From Squalus acanthias (lineage: Eukaryota), in the NCBI GenBank assembly GCA_030390025.1, contig CM059425.1, forward strand, positions 176,330,001 to 176,394,000: a stretch of DNA of 64,000 nt. Direction: 5' to 3'. A program made the translations under genes and the position numbers. Every line of letters begins with the position of its first letter. Position 1 is the stretch's first letter. Under the pieces are notes generated by a model. The model did no database searches. It saw only the letters and a program-made list of their open reading frames with translations, and was not told the origin of the DNA. This document shows, piece after piece, positions 53,150 through 64,000 of this stretch.

Positions 53150-53480
53150 TACCTTATCTGTGGCATTTGATATTTTGTATACCTCCATAAGGTGCTACCT
53201 CTGTCTTCTTGCAAGACTGCTGAGCTTAAGCTTCTTTAATCTTTCCTTATGGCTCATTCCCTTTACACTTGGGAATCATCCTTGTTGCTCATTTTTGCAC
53301 TGTCTCCATTGCATTTCTATCCTTTTTGAAGTGTAGTGATCAAAATTGTACACAGTGCTTAAAATGTGATCTGATCAGTGCATTATACAGCTATAGCATA
53401 ATCTCTGTAGACTTGTACTCCACTGTTCTGATTATGTATTCCAACATTCTACTTGCTCTAAGTATATCTGCACTGCTACC
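53150..53480 (-). mobile_element. Old degraded CR1 fragment
   Basis: Residual similarity to the reverse complement of the LVRP.LEYCVQFWSP region (GATCAAAATTGTACACAGTGC). Confidence 0.55.
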
Positions 53481-56400
53481 TAATATGCATTGTGTTTACA
53501 TTTGTCCTGCCATATATATCTGTCCAATATGCTTATTCTGTATTCTGCCAGGTCTTTTTTTAATAAGACAGTGCTTCAGGAAGCAAGTCTAAAATAGCCC
53601 TAGCTTTTACTCATTGATCTGAACAGATCAGATGACGAGAACATGAATTTGTGCTCCATTATTTCATTAACAGCTCAGATCGGATGTCTATCAGATTATG
53701 CTCATGACTTTGCTAGCATATATTTGTAATAGTAATGGAAAATATCTTTTTTCTCTTATTTTTTTCATTTCATAAAACTAATTGCATCTTACATCAAGTT
53801 TGTTCATTTTGAATCAGAATATAAATAAATATTTGCCTCAGTGTATCCTGAAAACTAGTATCCATGAATATGTATTTGAGTTTGTAACATGATGTAAAAA
53901 ACTTTATGTCACTTACATTACATTGCACTTACACTTACATTAATACATTTCTAATAGTGATAGCTAAAAATTATTTGCAGCATGATATCTGATAAAAGAA
54001 ATCAAATAAATTCCATGTATTTCCCAGCTGTTGCAGTGACACTAAAATTAATAAAATTGGATAGCCCCCGAAAATGGAGACAGGGATCGTGATGCACGAT
54101 TAACCTGCGCCCGTTGGATGTAATGCTCATTTACATGATTGCGGCATGCAGCCACGCTGAACGCACTGTTGATTGGGTGCATGCATCAGCAGGGGGCCCA
54201 AAATCGATACCTGCTAGCACTACTTAAAGCTAGCCTGCACTGCTTAAAGCTAGCCTGCACCTATTAAAGGGGAGGTGCATTGTGGCTGGATCAGGTGCTG
54301 GGAATCGTTCTGTAAGTGACCTGAGAAATAGTGAAGAATGGCTCAACATGGGAAAGAGCGGGCTCCAAGGTTTGCCGACGCTGCACTGGAGGTCTTGGTG
54401 GAAGACGTGGACAGGAGAAGAGATGTCCTGTATCCACAGGGAGCCAGGAGGCCCTTGAGACACATGGTGAAAAAGCAGTGGGAGCGGATAGCTGTGGAGG
54501 TCAATGCCAGGAGTCCAGCCCCGAGGACCTAGATGCAGCGCCGCAAGAAGTTTAATGACCTCACACGAGTGGTTAAGGTCAGTGAATGCACCTTCAAATG
54601 CCATACCCTACCAATTGCACCACTAGCCTCAGCCACTGCTCAATTCACCACACCCCCATCACTCACCTACCAACAATTTCTATCAATCAGGACTCATACC
54701 TAATATTCATATGCATCACGTCACCCTCACACACTCAGCAGTGTTGCATGCCTCACATCCACATCTCACACCTTGCAAACACTGCCTGCTATTCAACCAT
54801 GACAACCGCATCACCCAAACAGATTTCACCATACTCACTGACACACTTTCCTCTCTCTTGCAGGACAAGGTGGTGTACAACCAGAGGCAGCAGCAACTAA
54901 CTGAAGGGGGACAGGCGCGTTTGCATGTCCTAACCCCCATGGAAGAGATGGTGCTGGCCATTATTGGATTGGCCATTGCTGAGTCTGTGGCCAGTGGCGG
55001 AGCTGAATCAATTGAAGATGACAGTATCCTCATACCTAATTCTACTTCTCACATCCCACTTCCTCCTCATCCCACAATCTCTTCTGACTTACAAGCTGCA
55101 GATGGTGTAAGCATGCACCTCTTACTTTCCCCCTCTCCCCTCACCACAACCTTACCCTTGTGCCTTTCTCCTTGCAGATACCCAAGAAGTGAAATCTTGC
55201 CAGGCAGCGGAGGAACAAGAAGAAGACAGTGATGATGAAGACACACCATCACTTGATTTCATGCTCGCAGCCACCAGCTCAGATACTGACACTGCACATA
55301 TCTCACAGGATAGATTAGAGGCGGGATCTGCACGTGGTGAGACACCGGGCCTCAGTGGGCTGTAACCTGGGCTTGGGGCAAGGATAGCGCAGGTGCTAGA
55401 TCGCCGGAGGGCGAGGTGTCACACGAGTTCTGCTGCAAAGGACTCAGATGAGCACTTCGATGGGGCAGGCTACAGAAGAAGGCTGATGGCTATACACAAC
55501 AAAATGCTTGGTGCATTGGGAAGCTTGCCAGAAAGCCTGCGTTCATTGTCAAAGAGCATGGAGGAGTCTGGCACCAACTTGGCACAGGGCTCTGCACATA
55601 GCTAGGAGCCCATCCTTTCCAGCGTGGAAGGGTGGCCAACTCCATCAGCAGTCTTGTGGACCCAACCATGATGCAGCATCTGATGGCCAATGCCTCAGCT
55701 TTCATTGCAGCACAAGCAGCTTCCACCAAAAGTCTGAGTGCTGCAGTGGAAGCTCAGACTGAAGTCTTGCACGGTCAGCTTGCTGCCACACAAGTTCAGA
55801 CTGCTGCTATCATGACTCTGGACACCAGTGTTCAAAGGGGCTTCCACAGTGTCACAGCAGTCCAGCAATCTGTCCTCCAACAGATTACTAGGATTGCTGT
55901 GGCGCCGCCCCGGGGTGGGGGAGGGGGGGGAGTGGTGGCGGGGTGGCGGGGGTGGGTGTCAGTGGCTCCATGCAGCATGGGCCTGCTGTTCTCTCTCAGG
56001 ATGACAGCATTCATCCTCCCACCCCAGCCACTCTGCCAGTGCCCTTGCTGTTGTTTGTCACACAGCCAGCCCAGACTGCTGGCGCACATGCCAAGATGGT
56101 GCAGTCTGAAGCCGAGTCTTCTAGGCCCAGAGCTGCTTTAGGTGGTCCTCCAAGGCCATCTGCAGTCTCCTCCACTGAAAGTCAGCAGCCTTCAACCAGC
56201 CATGCTGCAGTCACTGGGGTAGCACTGCATAGGAGCACTAGGACAGGCAAAGGCACACGGAAGACTAAGGGAATGCACAATGGTGATTAGTTGACATTTG
56301 TATGCAATATGGCATGATTTCATTCATAAGTTTGTTTTGGAATGTTTATTTTGTAGTGGCTTTTATTTTTGCATTGTGGCCAAGATGGCGATGTTATGGT

Positions 56401-57955
56401 CAGTGACAGTGGGAAAGTAAGGAGTGTGGGGCTGTTGGCGAATGGCGAATTGGGGTTGTGGTTGCTGATATCTCACTCGAATTAGTTCTTTACGTACAGC
56501 CTCCCTTCCTCTTCCTCCTGTTTCTCCACTTCCTCTTCCTCCTCCTCGTATTCCTGCTCTTCAGCTTCTCGCCTGATAGCTGGTGGCATGGGCTGTCCCC
56601 CTCACAATGGCAAGGTTGTGTAGCATGCAGCATACCACCACAAATCTTGAAACCTGCTCAACCAAGTACTGCAGGACTCCTTTAGAGTGGTCCAGGCAGC
56701 AGAATCATTGCTTCAGCATGCCAATGGTATGCTCTATCACAATTCTTGTGGCACCATGGCTTTCATTGTATGCATGCTGCATACGTGTGCGTGGGTTGCG
56801 AACCAGAGTCATGAGCCATGTCATCAGGGGATAGCCTTTGTCACCCAGTAGCCACCCTTTGGTTTGCTGTGGTGGCTGAAATACAGCTGGCACAACGGAC
56901 TGCCACAGAATGTAAGCATCATCACTGCTGCCAGGATACTGGGTATTGACCTGCATGATATGCTGCCTATGATCACACACCAACTGGACGTTGAGGGAGT
57001 GGAATCCCTTTCGGTTCCAGTACATGGCAGAGTTCACATGCGGCACCCGCAAAGCATTGAGCATGCAGTCAATGGCACCCAACACCATGGGGAGGCCTGC
57101 AATCCGAGCAAACCATCATTCCTGCATCGCCTGCTTGTCTCTGGCAAGAGAGAATGAAATGAAGTTAGCTCTCTTTGAATAGAGAGCCTCAGTGACCTCC
57201 CTTATGCAACAGTGGATGGCCAACTGTTGCTAGTATCTCCAGCACCAGACGCATAAAAGATCATCACCATGGTCACCTTCACAGGCACTGGCAGTGCGGT
57301 CCTTGCCATGTTCTGATGTTGGAGTTGTGGCTGCAGCAATTGGCAGATTTGAGTGAGAACCTCCTTAGTGAAGCGCAGACGTCCCACACATTGTTCCTCG
57401 CTGAGGCTCAGGTAGGAGAATTGCTCCTTGAAAACCCATGGTGGATATGGCCTCCTGTTGAGAGCCCTTCTCCTGCCTCTTCCAGCAGCTTGTCCATGTC
57501 TGTGTCGCCTCTTCTCATTCTCCCAGTCATGCTCTATTCAAAGAGGAAGGCCTACAAGTGGATCCATGTCTGTGAGCAACTGGTTTGTGCAGAAGCCTTG
57601 AAGTCACCATAAAGTATCTCAGCACCTGCCACACCACCATCTGTAGAGTTTTGAAACTTGAAACAACTATGGAAAGCACCAAAAACGTGTAGAATTGTAT
57701 CAACAGCCAGAAGAAATCAACCAGCAACTAACCTGTAAGTGGTTGATGATTCCTTTAAATAGTTCTGTGGGGGGTCCTTCCTGCTGCTTAACGTGTGTTC
57801 AGCTGTGTGAGTTTAAGAGAGTGCATCAGCTGGACCGTTGAGCTGCAAAATGGCAGCGCTGGTGTCAAATCAGTGTTGCACGCTGATTGACGTCATGATC
57901 TGCCTGCCTGCACCAAGATGGCGTCCGGCACGCTTGCTACAGACACCATTTTGAA

Positions 57956-60900
57956 TATAAGCACATAAGAATTAGGAGCTGGAGTAGGCCATACGGCCCC
58001 TCGAGCCTGCTCCGCCATTCAGTAAGATCATGGCTGGTCTTCGACCTCAACTCCACTTTCCCGTCTGATCTTGATATCCCTTGATTCCCAAGAGTCCAAA
58101 AATCTATCCATCTCATCCTTGAATATACTCAACAATTCAGCATCCACAGCCCTCTGGGGTAGAGAATTCCAAAGATTCACAACCCTCTGAGTGAAGAAAT
58201 TCCTCCTCATCACAGTGTTTAAATGGCCGACCCCTTATCCTGAGACTATGCTGCCTTGTTCTAGAGTCTCCAGCCAGGGGAAACAACCTCCCTGCATCTA
58301 CCCTGTCAATCCCACTCAGAATCTTAAATGTTTCAATGAGATCACCTCTCATTCTTCTAAACTCCAGAGAATATAGGCCCAATCTACTCAATCTAGGAAC
58401 ATAGGAACATAGGAACAGGCCTGCCCTGCCACTCAATGAGATCATGGCTGATCTGCGACCTAACTCCATATACTCGCCTTTGGCCCATATCCCTTAATAC
58501 TTTTGGTTAACAGAAAATTATCAATCTCCAATTTAAAATTAACAATTAATCTAGCATCAATTGCCATTTGCGGAAGAGAGTTCCAAACTTCTACCACCCT
58601 TTGTGTGTAGAAGTGTTTCCTAATTTTGCTCCTGAAAGGTCTGGCTCTAATTTTTGACTATCCCCCTAGTCTTAGAATCCCCAACCAGTGGAAATAGCTT
58701 CTCTCTATCTACCCTATCTATTCCCCTTAATATCCTGAAAACTTCGATCAGATCACCCCTTAACCTTCTAAATTCTGGGGAATACAACCCTAATTTGTGT
58801 AATATCTCCTTGTAGCTTAACCCTTGAAGTCCAGGTATCATTCTGGTAAACCTATGCTGCACTCCCTCCAAGGCCAATATATCCTTCCTAAGGTGTGGTG
58901 CCCAGAACTGCTCACAGTACTCCAGGTGTGGTCTAACCAGGGTTTTGTATAGCTGCAGCATAACTTCTACCCCCTTGTATTCTAGTCCTCTAGATATAAA
59001 GGCCAGCATCCCATTAGCCTTTTTGATTATTTTCTGTACCTGTTCATGACATTTTAATGATCTATGTACCTGGACCTCCAAGTCTCTTTGGACCTCCACT
59101 GTTTTTTGCCTTTCAGCATTTAGAAAGTACTCTGTTCTATCCTTTTTAGGTCCAAAGTGGATGACCTCACATTTGCCTGCATTGAAATCCATTTGCCACA
59201 GTTTTGCCCATTCACTTAATCTGTTGATATCCCTTTGTAGTTTTATGCTTCCATCTACACTGCTTATAATTCCACCTATCTTTGTGTCATCGGCAAATTT
59301 AGATATATGACTTTCTATGCCACCATCTAAGTCGTTAATAAATACTGTGAATAGTTGAGGCCCTAACACAGATTCCTGCGGGACACCACTAGTCACATCC
59401 TGCCAATTTGAGTACCTACCCATTATCCCTCCTGCCTGTCTCCTGCCGCTCAGCCAATTTCCTAAATGGGTCAATAATTTGCCCTCAATTCCATGGGCTT
59501 CTACCTTAGATAACAATCTCTTATGTGGGACTTTATCAAATGCCTCTTGGAAGTCCATATAAATAACATCCTTAGACATTCCCCTGTCCACTACTTTAGT
59601 CACCTCTTCAAAAAATTCAGTTAGGTTTGTCAGGCATGACCTACCCTTCATAAATCCATGCTGGCTCTCTCTGATCAACTGAACATTTTTGAGGTGTTCA
59701 GTCACCCTATCCTTAATTATAGACTCTAGCAATTTCCCAATAACAGATGTTAGACTAACTGGTCTATAATTCCCTGGTTTCCCTCTCACCACTTTTAAAT
59801 AGTGGAGTGACATGCGCAATTTTCCAATCTAAAGGAACGCTTCCTGAATCGAGAGAAGTTTGGAAGATTATAGTTAGGGCATCTGCAATGTACTCACCTA
59901 CTTCCTTTAAAACCCTGGGATGAAAACCATCTGGTGCTGGGGATTTGTCACTCTTTAGTGCCATTATTTTCTTCATTACTGTTATTTTACTTGCATTAAT
60001 TTTATTCAGTCCCTGTCCCTGATTTAGTTTCCTTGGGATTTCTGGTATGCTATCCTCTTCCTCTAATGTAAATACTGACGCAAAGTAATTATTCAACATG
60101 TCCGCCATTTCCTTATTATCATTGATAATATCACCGCTTTCAGTTTTTAAGGGGCCAACATTGCTCCTGACAATCCTCTGTTTCCTAATATAATTGTAAA
60201 AAAAATTTGTATTGATTTTGATATCCCTTGCAAGTTTCCTTTCATCTCCCTTTTTGTAGCTCTTACTATCTGTTTTGTGATCCTTTGCTGTTTATTGTAT
60301 CTTTCCCATTCGCCACGATCTGTGCTATTTTTTGCATTTTTGTATGCTTTTTCTTTTAGTTTTATGCTGTCCCTTACCTCTTTCGTCATCCATGGCTTTT
60401 TTTTTGGCAAGTAGAGCTCTTGCCCCTGAGGGGTGTAAACTGGTTCTGTATCACCTTAAATTCTTTTTTGAACATCTCCCACTGATCTTCTGTTGTTTTA
60501 CCCATTAACACATTTGCCCAGTTTACTGTGGACAGTCTCTGTCTCATCCCTTTGAACGGCCTTACCCAAATCTAGAATCTTAGTAGCTGTTTTGCGTTTC
60601 TCCCTTTCAAATGCTACGTTGAACTCAATCATGTCATGATCACTATTGGATAAATGATCACGCAGTTAGGCTGTTAACTAAATCTGGCTCATTACTCATT
60701 ACTAAATCTAATAAGGCATTTCCCCTTGTTGCTTCTCGGACATATCGTTGTAGAAAACTATCCCGGACACACTCAAGAAATTCACTGCCTTTCTGACAGG
60801 TGCTAGTCTGCTTATCCCAATCTATACGAAAGTTAAAATTCCCCATTAAAACCACTCTGCCTTTGCTACACGCTTGCCTAATCTCTGCGTTTATACAATC

Positions 60901-62913
60901 TAGCACTTCACAGCTGCTACCAGGGGGCCTATACATAACTCCCACTACAGTCTTAATTCCTTCCTATTTCTTAATTCTACCCATAAAGTCTCCACTGCCT
61001 GCTTACCTCTCGTTATATCCTCTCTTATCATTGAAGTGATTTCATCCTTAATCACTAAGGCTACTCCTCCCCTCAGCCATTTTCCCTATCTTTCCTATAG
61101 GCCTTATAACCTGGTATATTTAGTTCCCAGTCCTGACCGTCTTGCAGCCATGTCTCAGTAATGACTACCATGTCATACCCTCCAATTTTAATTTGCACCT
61201 GCAGTTCATTCAATTTATTCCTTATACTCCGTGCATTTGTATAAAGAACGCTTAATTGGTCCACACACCCTAGCCTGTCCTTCAGCTCTAATGTTTTACT
61301 CACATGTTTCTTATTTCTCTCTCCTGGTTTAATCATTTTACATCTTTTAGTTTTCCCTCTACCTGTAGTGCCTAAAGCACAATTTCTGACTGTTACTCTA
61401 CTCTCTTCCCTTTCATTTGTTTTTGAACTACTATTTTTACTACAATTTCCACCTGAGCCCTCCTCCCCCCATTTGCGAGTTTAAAGTCCTTGTGACCTCC
61501 CTATTTATCCTTTCCGCTAGGACCCTGGTCCCAGACCAGTTCAGGTGGAGCCCGTCCCAATGGTACAATTCTTTCCTGTCCCATCTCTCCTCATAGGACA
61601 ACCCCCTCATCCCAGGGATCAATCTAGTGAACCTTTCTTACACTGCCTCTAAGGCAAGGATATCCTTCCTCAGATAAGGAGACCACAACTGTGCACAGTA
61701 CTCCAGGTATGGTCTCACCAAAGCCCTGTACAATTGTAGCAAGACTCCCTTACTCCTGTACCCCAATCCCCTTGCAATAAAGGCCAACATGCCATTTGCT
61801 TCCTAATTGCTTGCAGTACCTGCATGCAAACTCTCTGTTTCCTGTATGAGGACACCTAATTCTCTCTGAACACCAACATTTAATTAGTTTCTCACCATTT
61901 CAAAAATATTCTGTTCTTCTATTCTTCCTACCAAATTGAATAACCTCACATTTCCTCACATTATACTCCATCTGCCAACTTATTGCCCACCTACTTAACC
62001 TGCCTATATCCCTTTGCAGGCTCTTTGTGTCCTCCTCACAGCTTACTTTCCCACCCAGCTTTGCATTGTTAGCATACTTGGATACATTACACTCAGTCCC
62101 TTCGTCTAAGTCATTGATATAGATTGTAAATAGCTGAGGCCCAAGCACTGATCCTTGCGACAACCCACTAGTTGCACCCTGCCAACCTGCAAATGACCCA
62201 TTTATCCCTACTCTCTGTTTTCTGTTCGTTAACCAATCCTCTATCCATGCTAATATACTATCCCCAACCCCATGAGCCCTTATCTTGCATAAAAACCTTT
62301 TATGTGGCACCTTATTGAATGCCCTTTGGAAATCCAAATATACCACATCTACTGGTTCCCCTTTATCTACCCTGCTAGGTACATCCTCAAAAAACTCTAA
62401 TAAATTTGTTAAACACAATTTACCTTTCATAAAACCATGTTGACTCTGCCTAATCATATTATGATTTTCTAAGTGTCCTGTTACCACTTCCTTAATAATG
62501 GATTCCAGCATTTTCCCAACGACTGATGTCAGGCTAACTGGCCTGTAGTTCCCTGTTTTCTCTGTTCCTCATCTCTTGAATAGTGGGATTTCATTTGCTA
62601 CCTTCCAATCCCCAGGTCCATTCTAGAATCTAGGGAATTTTGGAAAATCAGAACCAAAGCATCCACTATCTCTGTAACCACCTCTTCTATGATGTAGGCC
62701 ATCAATTCCAGGGGATTTGTTGGCTTTTAGTCCCATTAGTTTACTTTAAGTTCCTCACTCTCATTAGCCTCTTGGTTCCCCATTGTTTTTGTGTCTTTTA
62801 CTATGGAGACAGATACAAAATATTTGTTTAAAGTCTCTGCCATTTACTTATTCCCCATTATAATTTCTCCTGTCTCAGCCTCTAAGGGACCAATGCTAAG
62901 GGTGTTAATCCTC
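57956..62913 (-). mobile_element. Outer CR1 LINE inserted in Harbinger D
   Basis: 3' end at 57956-58394; body resumes at 61583-62890 (ORF 61900-62511). TTGAA on both sides (57951-57955, 62914-62918). Confidence 0.85.
58395..61582 (-). mobile_element. Inner CR1 LINE (ORF2 plus end of the ORF1 esterase domain) inserted in the outer CR1
   Basis: ORF1 C-terminus DGLHLN..GT.VLAE (~61440-61580). APE (YTNARSIRNK, ITETWL, YRPP). RT ORF 58647-59819. (TTCCTATG)n tail. ATCT duplicated at 58391-58394 and 61583-61586. Confidence 0.9.
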
Positions 62914-62964
62914 TTGAAACTCTAAGGGCATTTGTAGCGTCCAAAATATGGGCACTACTTCTCA

Positions 62965-63066
62965 TTTGAGAGGCAGTCCTTCTGACAGCACATCACTCCC
63001 TCAGTACTGCACTGGCATGTCAGCCTAGATTATGTGCTCAAATACTGGAGAGGGGTTTGAAACCTC
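62965..63066 (-). mobile_element. Deu-type SINE head fragment
   Basis: Reverse complement resembles 37550-37635 (TTGAGCAC..AATCTAGGCTGACA). Confidence 0.6.
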
Positions 63067-64000
63067 CTGAAGTCCCCACCATCACAGAAGCCAGTCTTCA
63101 GCCAATTCAATTCACTCCACATGATATCAAGAAACGGCTGAGCGCACTGGATACAGCAAAGGCTGTGGACCCCGACAACATGTTGTGCTGAAGACTTGTG
63201 CTCCAGAACTAGCTGCGCCTCTAGCCAAGCAGCTCCCGTACAGCTATAACACTGGCATCTATCCAACAATGTGGAAAACTGCGCAGGTATGTCTTGTCCA
63301 CAAAAAGCAGGACAAATCCAACCCGGCCAATTACTGCCCCATCAGTCTACTCTCAATCATCAGCAAAGTGATGGAAGGTGTCGTCAACAGTGCTATCAAG
63401 CTATAACACTGGCATCTATCCAACAATGTGGAAAACTGCGCAGGTATGTCTTGTCCACAAAAAGCAGGACAAAACCAACCCGGCCAATTACTGCCCCATC
63501 AGTCTACTCTCAATCATCAGCAAAGTGATGGAAGGTGTCGTCAACAGTGCTATCAAGCAGCATTTACTCACCAATAACCTGCTCACTGATGCCCAGTTTT
63601 GGTTCCACCAGGACCACTCGGCTCCTGACCTCATTACAGCCTTGGTCCGAACATGGACACAAGAGCTGAATTCCAGAAGTGAGGTGAAAGTGACTGCCCT
63701 TGACATCAAGGCAGCATTTGACCGAGTGTGGCATCAAGGAGCCCTAGTAAAACTGAAGTCAATGGGAATCGGGGGGGGTGGGGGTGGGGCGAAACTCTCC
63801 ACTGGCTGGAGTCATACCTAGCACAAAGGAAGATGGTTGTGGTGGTTGGAAGTCAATCTTCACAGCCCCAGGATATCACTGCAGGACTTCCTCAGGGCAG
63901 TGTCCTAGGCCCAACCATCTTCAGCTGCTTCATCAATGACCTTCCCTCCATCATAAGGTCAGAAGTGGGAATGTTCGCTGATGACTGCACAGTGTTCAGT
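63063..64000 (+). mobile_element. LINE family X, 5'-truncated, with a 157-bp internal tandem duplication; runs off the window
   Basis: Colinear with 4187-4960 (KTCAPELA, NY.PISLLS, WHQGALVKLK, FADD). Duplicated unit spans 63242-63558. Confidence 0.9.

Larger units (their letters stand above)
54052..62958. mobile_element. Harbinger copy D (inverted relative to A-C), split near one end by nested CR1s
   Basis: Myb exon 1 on + at 54338-54577 (MAQHGKERAPRFADAALEVLV...W..IA.EVNA...KKFNDL), exon 2 at 54864-55023, exon 3 from 55178. Transposase on - at ~56500-57570 (GAIDC, NRKGFHSLNVQLVCD, WLLGDKGYPL). Terminal remnant resumes at 62919-62958. Confidence 0.85.

Overview
Vertebrate genomic DNA, most likely a cartilaginous fish (shark), inferred from the SINE/LINE families present. 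The only host gene I can support is the 5' end of KCNN2 (SK2 small-conductance Ca2+-activated K+ channel) on the + strand: coding exon 1 (31170-32078, including the long SK2-L-type N-terminus) and exon 2 (32386-32481). The next coding exon was not found, so the intron appears to run past the window end. The rest is mostly transposable elements: (i) CR1 LINE copies, some nested; (ii) a cluster of PIF/Harbinger DNA transposons (HARBI1-like transposase plus a convergent, spliced Myb/SANT gene), including one complete element with 13-bp TIRs and an ACA TSD, and related non-autonomous elements; (iii) Deu-domain tRNA SINEs; (iv) Penelope-type terminal repeats with minimal hammerhead-ribozyme cores, two of them as TSD-flanked fold-back insertions in the KCNN2 intron. 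The most unusual object is a ~3.3-kb single-ORF APE-RT LINE (2548-5834). It starts with a tRNA-derived A/B-box head, has no TTTT on its sense strand, and shares both ends with short SINEs elsewhere in the window. This suggests a Pol III-driven autonomous retrotransposon that gave rise to its own SINEs. All alignments and counts were done by eye; no database search was run.
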